Under the pieces are notes generated by a model, which saw only the letters and a list, made by a program, of their open reading frames with translations, made no database searches and had not been told where the DNA came from. A program made the translations under genes and the position numbers. Shown here in pieces: positions 7,251 through 16,001 of a stretch of DNA of 64,000 bases. This DNA is from Bacteroidales bacterium (GTDB lineage Bacteria; Bacteroidota; Bacteroidia; Bacteroidales; VadinHA17), in assembly GCA_016936435.1 (NCBI GenBank), contig JAFGXX010000061.1, positions 2,841-66,840 of the forward strand. Direction: 5' to 3'. Position 1 is the first letter of the stretch. The number at the start of each line of letters is the position of its first letter.

Positions 7251-9296
7251 ATGCAAACCGGAAAAATAGGTGTAACCACCGAGAACATCTTCCCGATAAT
7301 AAAGAAATTCCTTTATTCCGATCATGAGATCTTTCTCAGGGAGCTGATTTCCAATGCCGTCGATGCGACTCAGAAGTTGAAGGCCATGGCCTCGGCCGGA
7401 GAGCTGAAGGGAGAACTGGGAGACCTTACAATCAGGGTAAGTGTCGACAAAAAGAAGAAAACCATAAAAGTATCCGACAACGGCGTGGGGATGACACCTG
7501 AAGAGCTGGATAAATATCTGAATCAGATAGCTTTTTCGAGTGCCAATGAATTTCTCGACAAGTACAAAGACCAGATAAATTCAATAATAGGTCATTTCGG
7601 CCTGGGCTTCTATTCATCTTTTATGGTTTCCGACAAGGTGGAGGTTATCACTAAATCGTGGCAGGATAAAGCAAAACCTGTCAAATGGACCTGCGACGGA
7701 AGTCCTGAGTTCAGTATAGAAGACGCCGAAAGGGAAAACCGCGGAACTGACGTGATACTCCATATCGACAAGGATTCAAAAGAATTCCTGGAAGAATCAA
7801 AAATAGAACAGTTGCTGAATAAATACTGTAAATTTTTACCTGTAGAGATAACCTTTGGCAGGGAACAGGAATGGAAGGACGGCAAATATGTCGATACGGG
7901 TAAAGACAAGATCATCAATAATACCAGACCGGCCTGGACTATTAAACCGTCTGAACTGAAGGATGAGGATTACAGCAAATTTTACCGTGAGCTTTACCCT
8001 GCAGGCGACGAGCCCTTATTCAACATACATCTGAATGTTGACTACCCCTTCAAGCTAACAGGGATACTCTATTTCCCAAAGATCAAAAACAACATTGAGA
8101 TACAGAAGAATAAGATACAGCTCTATTGCAACCAGGTGTTTGTTACAGACTCAGTTGAAGGTATTGTGCCCGAATTCCTTACCCTCCTTCACGGTGTCCT
8201 CGATTCTCCCGATATACCCCTGAATGTGTCGAGAAGTTATCTGCAGAGCGATTCTAATGTTAAAAAGATATCTGCACACATAACAAAGAAGGTAGCCGAC
8301 AGGCTGAACGAGATATTTAAAAAAGACCGTGCAGAATTTGAGAAAAAATGGGACAATCTCAAGCTTTTTATCGACTACGGTATGATAACAGAAGAAAAAT
8401 TCTACGAAAAAGCTTCGAAGTTTGCTCTCTTTAAAAACACTGATGACAAATTCTTTACCTACGAAGAATATGAAAAACTGATCAGGGAGAACCAGACCGA
8501 CAGGAACAAGACTCTCATCTATTTGTATTCAACAAGCAAAACCGACCAGTATTCTTATATCGAAAAAGCCAAAGCCAAAGGATATGATGTCCTCAGCCTT
8601 GACGGTCAGCTTGATGTTCACCTTATCAACTTTCTGGAGTCAAAATTTAAGGAATCGAGGTTCGTAAGGGTCGATTCCGATGTCGTCGAAAAGCTTATTC
8701 AGAAGGAGGAAAAGAAGGAATCAAAACTCTCGGAAGAAGAGAAAAACGACCTCAGAAGCCTGTTCAATGTACGTACAAAATCAAAGGAGATATTTAATGT
8801 AGTGGTTGAAACTCTCGACGAAAATGAAGCTCCTGTCATTGTCACACAATCCGAATTCATGAGACGTATGAAGGATATGTCGGCACTGGGAGGAGGGATG
8901 AATTTCTATGGGGAAATGCCCGACAGCTACAACCTCGTCGTTAATCCTAACCATCCTCTCGTCGTAAAGATCAATGAAGACCTCAGGGCTGACCTGGGAC
9001 AAAAACTATCAGACAATGAGGCTGATACTAAAAAGGTCAAAGAAGAGGTTGAGTTCATGGAAAAAGAACAGGGCAAAAGAAAAGCTGAGGAGATTCCCCA
9101 GGTTGAAAAGGATGATCTTGAGAAGCGTAGAAAAGACCTAAGTGACATGGAAGATGCACGAAGATCGATGCTTGAAGCTTATGGTGCTGAGAATAAAAAA
9201 GTGAAACAACTTGTTGACCTTGCCCTTCTCGCAAATAATATGCTTAAAGGAGAAGAACTGGCAACTTTTGTAAAGAGAAGCGTGGATCTGTTGTAG
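7251..9296 (+). CDS. htpG: Molecular chaperone HtpG (Hsp90 family)
   Basis: 681 aa with 'ELISNAVDA', 'GHFGLGFYSSFMV' and 'LNVSRSYLQ'. Full-length Hsp90 architecture. Confidence 0.95.
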   Translation: MQTGKIGVTTENIFPIIKKFLYSDHEIFLRELISNAVDATQKLKAMASAGELKGELGDLTIRVSVDKKKKTIKVSDNGVGMTPEELDKYLNQIAFSSANEFLDKYKDQINSIIGHFGLGFYSSFMVSDKVEVITKSWQDKAKPVKWTCDGSPEFSIEDAERENRGTDVILHIDKDSKEFLEESKIEQLLNKYCKFLPVEITFGREQEWKDGKYVDTGKDKIINNTRPAWTIKPSELKDEDYSKFYRELYPAGDEPLFNIHLNVDYPFKLTGILYFPKIKNNIEIQKNKIQLYCNQVFVTDSVEGIVPEFLTLLHGVLDSPDIPLNVSRSYLQSDSNVKKISAHITKKVADRLNEIFKKDRAEFEKKWDNLKLFIDYGMITEEKFYEKASKFALFKNTDDKFFTYEEYEKLIRENQTDRNKTLIYLYSTSKTDQYSYIEKAKAKGYDVLSLDGQLDVHLINFLESKFKESRFVRVDSDVVEKLIQKEEKKESKLSEEEKNDLRSLFNVRTKSKEIFNVVVETLDENEAPVIVTQSEFMRRMKDMSALGGGMNFYGEMPDSYNLVVNPNHPLVVKINEDLRADLGQKLSDNEADTKKVKEEVEFMEKEQGKRKAEEIPQVEKDDLEKRRKDLSDMEDARRSMLEAYGAENKKVKQLVDLALLANNMLKGEELATFVKRSVDLL

Positions 9297-9403
9297 GATC
9301 GTGCAATCGTGCGATCATGCGATCTTGCGATCATGCAATATGATACCCATAACCGTATTGCACGATTCCACGATTCCACGATTGCAGGATTGCACGATTG
9401 CAC
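9297..9403. repeat. Inverted arrays of an 8-bp tandem repeat (CGTGCAAT-like x5, loop, ATTGCACG-like x6)
   Basis: Left array at 9299-9338: cgtgcaat cgtgcgat catgcgat cttgcgat catgcaat. Right array at 9356-9403: attgcacg attccacg attccacg attgcagg attgcacg attgcacg. The structure fills the gap between the convergent htpG and 9410-9931 genes. Confidence 0.9.
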
Positions 9404-9409
9404 GACACC

Positions 9410-9931
9410 TCATATCATTCTCGCAACCTCGCCCTTGATATAGTCGATGGCAGCACGTGTGGGTTCCTTATCCAGTGCCATCACTGCTTCCAGAAGCCTC
9501 TGGCTGAATTCCAGTCCTGTTGAGGGGACTGGTTTTTTTTCGTATTCGGAGTTTATGATCTTGATAGTACTGGATCTCGCATTTCTTACAACTTCCCATG
9601 CCTGGGGGCTCATATAGATCTGTTGTGAGAGGTTGTGTTCAAATTCACTTCTGATCGTTGAGAGAAGTGCCGAATGAAGCTGGGCTGCCGTTACCCCGGG
9701 GGAGTTAACTCTTACCAGAAGCGATTCGAGTGAGATCCTTTCAAGGAACAGGACTATTCTTTCATAGGCCTGGAGTTTGATTGGAGTGACAGTCCTGCTG
9801 CCCTGCAGTATAAGCTCCTGCCTGCGTTTATCCTGATCATTCTTAACCATGCCTCTCATAACAAGCCATGCTGTGAAGAAGACTACCAGAGCAGGGATGC
9901 TTATCTTAAGAATATCGTAAAATGCTTCCAT
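9410..9931 (-). CDS. Hypothetical membrane-anchored protein
   Basis: 173-aa ORF with a single N-terminal TM segment (ISIPALVVFFTAWLVM). Family not recognised. Confidence 0.55.
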   Translation of the reverse strand: MEAFYDILKISIPALVVFFTAWLVMRGMVKNDQDKRRQELILQGSRTVTPIKLQAYERIVLFLERISLESLLVRVNSPGVTAAQLHSALLSTIRSEFEHNLSQQIYMSPQAWEVVRNARSSTIKIINSEYEKKPVPSTGLEFSQRLLEAVMALDKEPTRAAIDYIKGEVARMI

Positions 9932-9990
9932 TTATGCTCAATTTATTAACATTGGACAAACTTATCTTTTTATTATCAAATTTAGCTTAT

Positions 9991-10037
9991 AACTTTCAAC
10001 TTTCAACTTCAAACCTTAAACTTTAAACCTTAACCCC
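9991..10037. repeat. Degenerate 7-bp tandem repeat (AACTTTC / AAACCTT type, about 7 units)
   Basis: aactttc aactttc aacttc aaacctt aaacttt aaacctt aacccc, ending 13 nt before the ATG at 10050. Confidence 0.85.
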
Positions 10038-10049
10038 ATCCTACTCTTT

Positions 10050-11243
10050 ATGGAACACCTTTCAGACCGTATCCGATCGCTGTCAGTGAGCCAGACACTG
10101 GCAATGGCACAGAAAAGCCGTGAGCTAAAGGCCAAAGGTATAGATGTTATAAGCCTTAGTCTGGGAGAACCTGATTTCAATACTCCCGATTACGTTAAGG
10201 AAGCTGCGAAAAAAGCTATCGACGAGAATTACTCGAAATATCCGCCCGTGCCCGGATATAATGATCTGAGGGAAGCCATCTCAGCCAAGTTCAGGGATGA
10301 GAACGGGATCACTTACACTCCGGAGCAGATAATAGTATCGGCCGGTGGCAAACATTCGATAATCAATGTAATCCTGTCTCTCGTCAATCCCGGTGAAGAG
10401 GTGATCCTCCTTGCTCCTTACTGGGTAAGTTATTACGACCAGGTGATTCTCGCGGGAGGGAAGCCGGTCATCATTCAGACAAACCTCGAAAACGACTTTA
10501 AAGTCACTCCCGAGCAGCTCGATGTTGTAATCACACCCAAAACGAGACTGGTGATTTTCAACTCTCCGTCGAATCCGACCGGTATGGCATATACACGTGA
10601 GGAAATGAGAGAACTTGCCGGGGTCGTCAGTAAATATAAGGGTGTCTATATTATTTCGGATGAGATATATGAACATATTTTGTTCCGTGGTGAACATGTA
10701 AGCATGGCTTCGTTTGATTTCATTTACGACCGTGTCATAACGGTTAATGGTGTATCGAAAGCATATGCCATGACAGGTTGGAGAATAGGATATCTGGGGG
10801 CTCCGCTATGGCTGGCAAAGGCAGTCGACAAACTTCAGGGGCAGTTTACCTCGGGTGTGTGTTCAATAGCTCAGAGGGCTGCTCTTGCAGCACTCCGTGG
10901 TGATGACGGTTCAAGAGATAAAATGAGGGATGCCTTCCTCCGCAGACGCGATATCATTTGCAAGCTGCTTAAGGAGATCAGGGGGATGAAAATTAGGATC
11001 CCCGATGGTGCCTTTTATGTGATGCCCGACATCAGCAGTTTCTTAGGCAAATCGGACGGTGAAGTGAAGATAAAGGATTCCGGTGAACTTGCTCTGTATC
11101 TCCTCGATAAAGCCCAGGTGGCTGTTGTTGGAGGAGATGCCTTCGGGGCTCCCGATTGTATAAGGATATCATATGCTACTTCCGATGAACTTCTGGTGGA
11201 AGCTGTCAGAAGGATAAAGGAGGCACTCGGCAGACTAAAATGA
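10050..11243 (+). CDS. Class I/II PLP-dependent aminotransferase (aspartate aminotransferase-like)
   Basis: 397 aa with 'NSPSNPTG' and the 'SKAYAMTGWRIGY' PLP-lysine motif. Confidence 0.9.
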   Translation: MEHLSDRIRSLSVSQTLAMAQKSRELKAKGIDVISLSLGEPDFNTPDYVKEAAKKAIDENYSKYPPVPGYNDLREAISAKFRDENGITYTPEQIIVSAGGKHSIINVILSLVNPGEEVILLAPYWVSYYDQVILAGGKPVIIQTNLENDFKVTPEQLDVVITPKTRLVIFNSPSNPTGMAYTREEMRELAGVVSKYKGVYIISDEIYEHILFRGEHVSMASFDFIYDRVITVNGVSKAYAMTGWRIGYLGAPLWLAKAVDKLQGQFTSGVCSIAQRAALAALRGDDGSRDKMRDAFLRRRDIICKLLKEIRGMKIRIPDGAFYVMPDISSFLGKSDGEVKIKDSGELALYLLDKAQVAVVGGDAFGAPDCIRISYATSDELLVEAVRRIKEALGRLK

Positions 11244-11256
11244 CCCCGGGTAAACC

Positions 11257-11814
11257 TCAGTATTTGTTATAGCTGACAGTTTCATCCTTCGGCTTCCGCG
11301 TTTTCATGCGCTGTGCCGTTTCCGGATAACCTATCGTAATGATAAGTTCCACCCTTTTAGACCGTGGTATGGAAAGGATTTTCCTGACTTCATTTTCATC
11401 GAACCATCCTATTATACATGATCCAAGTCCTTCAGCTTCAGCCTGCATACAAATATTTCCTGCGGCAATGCCTATATCTATCAGTGAATAGTCTTTCGAC
11501 TTGACAAGAGCTCCCATTCCGGAGGAAAGGTTGGTTTTTTCCCTCACCACTACTATCATAACAGGAGCCTGATCGACAAACATATTCATCTTAAGAATTC
11601 TGGCTCCTGCAGCCGATGCAAGCTTCTTCAATAATCCGGGGTCGTTGACCACGATGAATTTCCAGGGCTGGCCGTTGCATGCCGATGGAGCGAGACGGGC
11701 GGCCTCGGTTATCCTGTCAATTTTTTCCTGTTCAACAGGAGAGGGGCTGTATTTTCTGTCGCTCTGTCGTGTGGAGATGAGTTCAAGAAGGGTCTTACCG
11801 TCGATCAATGCCAT
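11257..11814 (-). CDS. Nitroreductase family protein
   Basis: 185 aa with 'RQSDRKY', 'APSACNGQPWKFIVV' and 'CMQAEAEGLGSC'. Confidence 0.85.
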   Translation of the reverse strand: MALIDGKTLLELISTRQSDRKYSPSPVEQEKIDRITEAARLAPSACNGQPWKFIVVNDPGLLKKLASAAGARILKMNMFVDQAPVMIVVVREKTNLSSGMGALVKSKDYSLIDIGIAAGNICMQAEAEGLGSCIIGWFDENEVRKILSIPRSKRVELIITIGYPETAQRMKTRKPKDETVSYNKY

Positions 11815-11848
11815 AAGATTAGTTCAATAACTGTATTTTTCGTTGGCG

Positions 11849-11871
11849 AAGATAGCAATTATTGCTATCTT
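11849..11871. promoter_or_regulatory. Perfect 23-bp palindrome (AAGATAGCAAT-T-ATTGCTATCTT), candidate operator
   Basis: 11-bp arms that are exactly complementary, around one central base. It lies in the divergent intergenic region between the nitroreductase and lemA genes. Confidence 0.5.
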
Positions 11872-11893
11872 TATATTTTGTACCTTCATGAAC

Positions 11894-11901
11894 TAAATTT
11901 G
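11894..11901 (+). promoter_or_regulatory. Candidate -7 box (TAAATTTG) for lemA-htpX
   Basis: Exact TAnnTTTG match ending 24 nt before the ATG at 11925. Confidence 0.45.
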
Positions 11902-11924
11902 TCAAATCAATTAAATCTTAAGCA

Positions 11925-12488
11925 ATGTCCATATTCTTAATTTTCTTAGGGGTTATAGTGCTCCTTATCTTTTGGGTGATATCACTCTATAACCGTCTCG
12001 TAAAGCTCAGGAACAACCGTGAACAGGCTTTTGCCGATGTGGATGTTCAGTTAAGGCAAAGGCATGATATGATACCTCAACTCGTGGAAGCTGTAAAAGG
12101 TTATATGCAGCATGAGCGTGCTGTTCTCACCGAGATCACCGAAGCCAGGGCTGCTGCCATGAAAGCCGGAACGATAAATGAGAAAATCGTGGCTGAGCAA
12201 AGGCTTACCTCAGCTTTGGATGGATTGAAGGTTGCTGTGGAAGCATATCCCGATCTCAAGGCAAGTCAGAACTTCCTCGACCTCCAGAATGAGATATCTG
12301 ATATTGAGAACAAGATTGCTGCTGCCCGTCGTTTCTTTAACTCTGCAACGAAGGAACTAAATGTCGCAACCGAGGTCTTCCCATCGAATATTATAGCTAC
12401 AATGTTCAACTTCAGACGTGAGCCGATGTTCGATCTTGGCGAAGACAGAACTATAATACAGGAACCGCCAAAGATCTCATTCAGTTAA
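11925..12488 (+). CDS. lemA: LemA family protein
   Basis: 187 aa with an N-terminal TM segment, then 'YNRLVKLRN..EQAFADVDVQLRQRHDMIPQLVE' and 'AARRFFN', which is typical LemA. Confidence 0.9.
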   Translation: MSIFLIFLGVIVLLIFWVISLYNRLVKLRNNREQAFADVDVQLRQRHDMIPQLVEAVKGYMQHERAVLTEITEARAAAMKAGTINEKIVAEQRLTSALDGLKVAVEAYPDLKASQNFLDLQNEISDIENKIAAARRFFNSATKELNVATEVFPSNIIATMFNFRREPMFDLGEDRTIIQEPPKISFS

Positions 12489-12489
12489 T

Positions 12490-13464
12490 ATGTCATATTT
12501 TGGTTTGCAGAGCCAGATAAGGAGGAACAACACAAATTCAGTGCTGATCCTCCTTATGTTCCCTGTGGTTATCATAGTTCTTACCTGGCTCTTCTTCTAT
12601 CTTACCAGCCTGCTTCAGGCAAATTATTTAGCCAGAGAAGGCCAGGACAGCCTCCCTTTTTTCACCAGCGTAAATTACAGTTTCTTCCGGACCGTCCCCT
12701 GGATACTTCTGGGAGTGGCAGTATGGTTCCTGATAGCCTGGTCGACGCATTCTGTGATGATAAGCAGGGCAACAGGCTCGAAGCCGCTGGAAAGAAAGGA
12801 AAATAAAAGAGTGTATAATCTTGTTGAAAACCTTTGTATTTCCAGAGGGATGCCTATGCCCAGGGTAAATATCATTGAGGATGATTCGCTCAATGCTTTT
12901 GCCAGCGGGATAAATAATAATACCTATACCGTCTCACTTTCGCGCGGCATTATAGAGAAGCTTAATGATCAGGAGCTTGAGGCTGTCATCGCCCATGAAC
13001 TTACTCATATCAGGAACCGCGATGTGAGGTTATTGATAATATCTGTTGTGTTTGTGGGGATTTTTGCGTTCATTTCACAGGCCTTGTTCAGGTCGATGCG
13101 CTTCGGCAGTCTTTCACGCGGCGACAGAAAAGGTGGTGCAGGAATAGCAGTCATTGTTGCACTTGTCCTTGCTCTTATCGGTTATCTTGTTGCCTCCCTC
13201 TTCCGCTTTGCCCTGTCAAGGAAACGCGAATATCTTGCCGATGCCGGCTCGGCCGAGCTTACAAGAAATCCCCTTGCACTGGCGTCGGCGTTGCGAAAAA
13301 TATCAGGAGACCCTGCTATTGAGGCTGTAAAAAGAAATGACATAGCCCAGATGTTCATTGAGAATCCGCGAAATGAAGTAAAAAACTCTTCATTCTCATT
13401 CTCAGGTCTTTTTGCAACCCATCCTCCGATAGAGAAGAGGATACAGATACTCGAGCAGTTTTAG
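12490..13464 (+). CDS. M48 family zinc metalloprotease (HtpX-like)
   Basis: 324 aa with TM segments and the 'AHELTHIRNRD' HExxH motif. It starts 2 nt after lemA, a commonly seen pairing. Confidence 0.85.
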   Translation: MSYFGLQSQIRRNNTNSVLILLMFPVVIIVLTWLFFYLTSLLQANYLAREGQDSLPFFTSVNYSFFRTVPWILLGVAVWFLIAWSTHSVMISRATGSKPLERKENKRVYNLVENLCISRGMPMPRVNIIEDDSLNAFASGINNNTYTVSLSRGIIEKLNDQELEAVIAHELTHIRNRDVRLLIISVVFVGIFAFISQALFRSMRFGSLSRGDRKGGAGIAVIVALVLALIGYLVASLFRFALSRKREYLADAGSAELTRNPLALASALRKISGDPAIEAVKRNDIAQMFIENPRNEVKNSSFSFSGLFATHPPIEKRIQILEQF

Positions 13465-13535
13465 ACATCGGCAGGATGCCGGAAAGGCTGCGGTCGTAAA
13501 ATCAATGAGATAACTTACAAGGTAGCAGTTAACGC

Positions 13536-14165
13536 TTATTCTTTCTTCCCGAAGAACTTCTTTTCTTCGCCTCTGATGAGTCTTTTAATATTGTTGCGGT
13601 GAGTTACCAGAAGTACCACGGCGACAAAAACCGAAAAGATCCTGAAGATCAGTGAGGGGGTGTCAAAAAGGGTAAACAGCAGGACAGGAAATGCTATTCC
13701 CGCCGACATGGATCCCAGTGAAATGATCCGCGTTAAAGCTAACACTATTACGAAAACGAGAAGGCAGCTTAATGTGAGCAGGGGATGCAGGGCCAGGAGC
13801 ACACCGAAAACCGTTGCTACTCCCTTTCCGCCTCTGAAACCCGCAAATAGCGGGAAAATATGCCCGATAACAGCCACCACTCCCGTCATTATCTGAAGGT
13901 TTATAAGGCCTGCTGTCCCGGGTTCGGCAAGCTTAAGCAAAACAGGCAGCATTGCAGCCATCCATCCCTTAGCCATATCGGTCAGAAGGACGGGTATGCC
14001 GGTTTTCCATCCGAGCACCCTTACGGCATTGGCTGCCCCGGCATTGCCGCTGCCATGCTCTCTTACGTCGATGCCATGAAAGACCTTACCAGCCCATACG
14101 GCAGTTGGTACTGAGCCAAGAAGATAGGAAGCGGTTACTGCAATTCCATATAATAACAGATCCAT
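13536..14165 (-). CDS. plsY: Glycerol-3-phosphate acyltransferase PlsY
   Basis: 'YLLGSVPTAVW', 'REHGSGNAGAANA' and a multi-TM layout. I place the likely start at the ATG at 14165 (MDLLLYG); the ORF track extends it to 14195. Confidence 0.9.
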   Translation of the reverse strand: MDLLLYGIAVTASYLLGSVPTAVWAGKVFHGIDVREHGSGNAGAANAVRVLGWKTGIPVLLTDMAKGWMAAMLPVLLKLAEPGTAGLINLQIMTGVVAVIGHIFPLFAGFRGGKGVATVFGVLLALHPLLTLSCLLVFVIVLALTRIISLGSMSAGIAFPVLLFTLFDTPSLIFRIFSVFVAVVLLVTHRNNIKRLIRGEEKKFFGKKE

Positions 14166-14227
14166 TTTGCAATAAATTTGACCGCAAATATACAAATGTA
14201 CATCAAATGAAAGTTATGCTCCCTTTA

Positions 14228-15850
14228 TTAAGCCAGTCCCGGACCATGTTCCGCAAGAGCTGCAGTTTCAGGATTGGAGGTGAATTTGCTGAAATTATTT
14301 ATGAACTTCAATGCCAGGTCAGAGGCTGCTATATGCCACCTGGTTTTTGACTCCCAGCCATTTGAAGGATCGAGGATGTTGTCATCGACGCCATTGAGAC
14401 TGACGGGTATGCTGAGGTTGAAGACAGGCAGTTTAACAAATTCATTTTCGTTTATCGATCCGTCGAGGATGGCATTGATGATCTTCCTTGTTGAAGGAAG
14501 GTCTATCCTGTGTCCTGTACCGTAAGGTCCGTTTATCCAGCCCGTATTGACAAGCCAGGCTTCCGCATTGAACATCTTCATTTTTCTGGCAAGTTCATTT
14601 GCATAAATGATGGGATCTACCAGAAGGAATGCAGCACCAAAGCATGCAGAGAAAGAGGGGATGGGTTCTATTATCCCTCTTTCCGTTCCGGCAACTTTTG
14701 CCGTATAGCCGCTCAGGAAATAATATTTGCATTGTTCTTCTGTGAGCCGGCTTACCGGAGGAAGCACTCCGAAAGTATCGGCAGACAGGAAAATGACTTT
14801 CGTTGCATGTCCAGCCCTTGAAACCGGCTTAACGATGTTCTCTATATGGTAAATGGGGTACGAAACTCTGGTATTTTCAGTTTTGGAGTCGTTGTCGAAA
14901 TCTATAGATCCGTCAGAACGAACCACCAGGTTTTCGAGGAGGGCATCTCTGCGTATTGCGTTATAAATATCCGGTTCATTTTCTTTGCTGAGTTTAATAC
15001 ATTTTGCATAACACCCACCTTCAAAGTTGAATACTCCGTCCTCATCCCAGCCATGTTCATCATCACCGATGAGAGCTCTTTCAGGATCTGTTGAAAGGGT
15101 TGTTTTTCCCGTCCCTGACAGTCCGAAGAAGATAGCCACGTCACCATTTTTACCCACATTCGCAGAGCAGTGCATGGCAGCTATTCCTCTGAGCGGCAGG
15201 TAGTAATTCATCACCGAGAATATACCTTTCTTCATCTCTCCGCCATACCATGTTCCGCCTATGGCTGCCATGTTTTCTGTAAGGTTGAAGAATACGAAGT
15301 TTTCAGAATGAAGTCCCTGGTTTTTCCAGTCGGGATTTATGGTCTTTGAGGCCATCAGCACCACGAAGCCGGCTTTGAACTCCGCCAGTTCCTGCTCTGA
15401 AGGTCTGATGAACATGTTTTTCACGAAATGTGCCTGCCAGGCCACCTCGGTGATGAAGCGTACCGACAATCTTGAATTTTCGTTGGCGCCGCAGAAACAG
15501 TCGACAACAAAAAGCCTTTTGCCGGAAAGCTGGCGGGCTGCGATCTTTTTACAATGCTCCCATACTTCCTGCGTAATTGGCTTGTTATCCGATACTTTGG
15601 CCTTTTCTGATTTCCACCATACAGTATCGCGGGTCTTGTCGTCGAGGACGATATATTTATCTTTTGGAGATCTTCCGGTAAAAACTCCGGTATCCACGGC
15701 AACAGCGTCGTTTTTTGTTATTACACCTCTTTCAAGTTTGTCCAGACCTGGTTTCGTTTCCTCTGCAAACAGAGTATTATAATCGGGGTTATAAATGATT
15801 TCTTTCACATTTTCTAGCCCGTATTCCGTCAGGTCTTCAGGTTTGATCAT
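14228..15850 (-). CDS. pckA: Phosphoenolpyruvate carboxykinase (ATP)
   Basis: 540 aa with '[14 protein letters not shown]', the '[13 protein letters not shown]' kinase-1a motif and 'IGDDEHGW'. Confidence 0.95.
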   Translation of the reverse strand: MIKPEDLTEYGLENVKEIIYNPDYNTLFAEETKPGLDKLERGVITKNDAVAVDTGVFTGRSPKDKYIVLDDKTRDTVWWKSEKAKVSDNKPITQEVWEHCKKIAARQLSGKRLFVVDCFCGANENSRLSVRFITEVAWQAHFVKNMFIRPSEQELAEFKAGFVVLMASKTINPDWKNQGLHSENFVFFNLTENMAAIGGTWYGGEMKKGIFSVMNYYLPLRGIAAMHCSANVGKNGDVAIFFGLSGTGKTTLSTDPERALIGDDEHGWDEDGVFNFEGGCYAKCIKLSKENEPDIYNAIRRDALLENLVVRSDGSIDFDNDSKTENTRVSYPIYHIENIVKPVSRAGHATKVIFLSADTFGVLPPVSRLTEEQCKYYFLSGYTAKVAGTERGIIEPIPSFSACFGAAFLLVDPIIYANELARKMKMFNAEAWLVNTGWINGPYGTGHRIDLPSTRKIINAILDGSINENEFVKLPVFNLSIPVSLNGVDDNILDPSNGWESKTRWHIAASDLALKFINNFSKFTSNPETAALAEHGPGLA

Positions 15851-15925
15851 GGCCGGTAAAAATTATTTGTGTGAAATGATCCGAAATGTAGCGAAAATAT
15901 CAATGCAGGAGCATTGAATGGGATA

Positions 15926-15978
15926 TAAAAAAGAAGAGGCTGTTTCAGTGTTTTAAACAGCTTTTCGAAACAGCCTCT
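15926..15978 (-). terminator. Intrinsic terminator downstream of ppdK
   Basis: 12-bp perfect stem AGAGGCTGTTTC ... GAAACAGCCTCT (15935-15946 / 15967-15978). On the minus strand it is followed by TCTTTTTT. Confidence 0.75.
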
Positions 15979-16001
15979 TTTTGTTATCAGATATCAGGGA
16001 T

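Noticed and set aside
9297-9403. Possible CRISPR-like array
   Set aside because: The units are only 8 bp and directly abutting with no spacers. They are arranged as two inverted blocks. There are no cas genes in the window.
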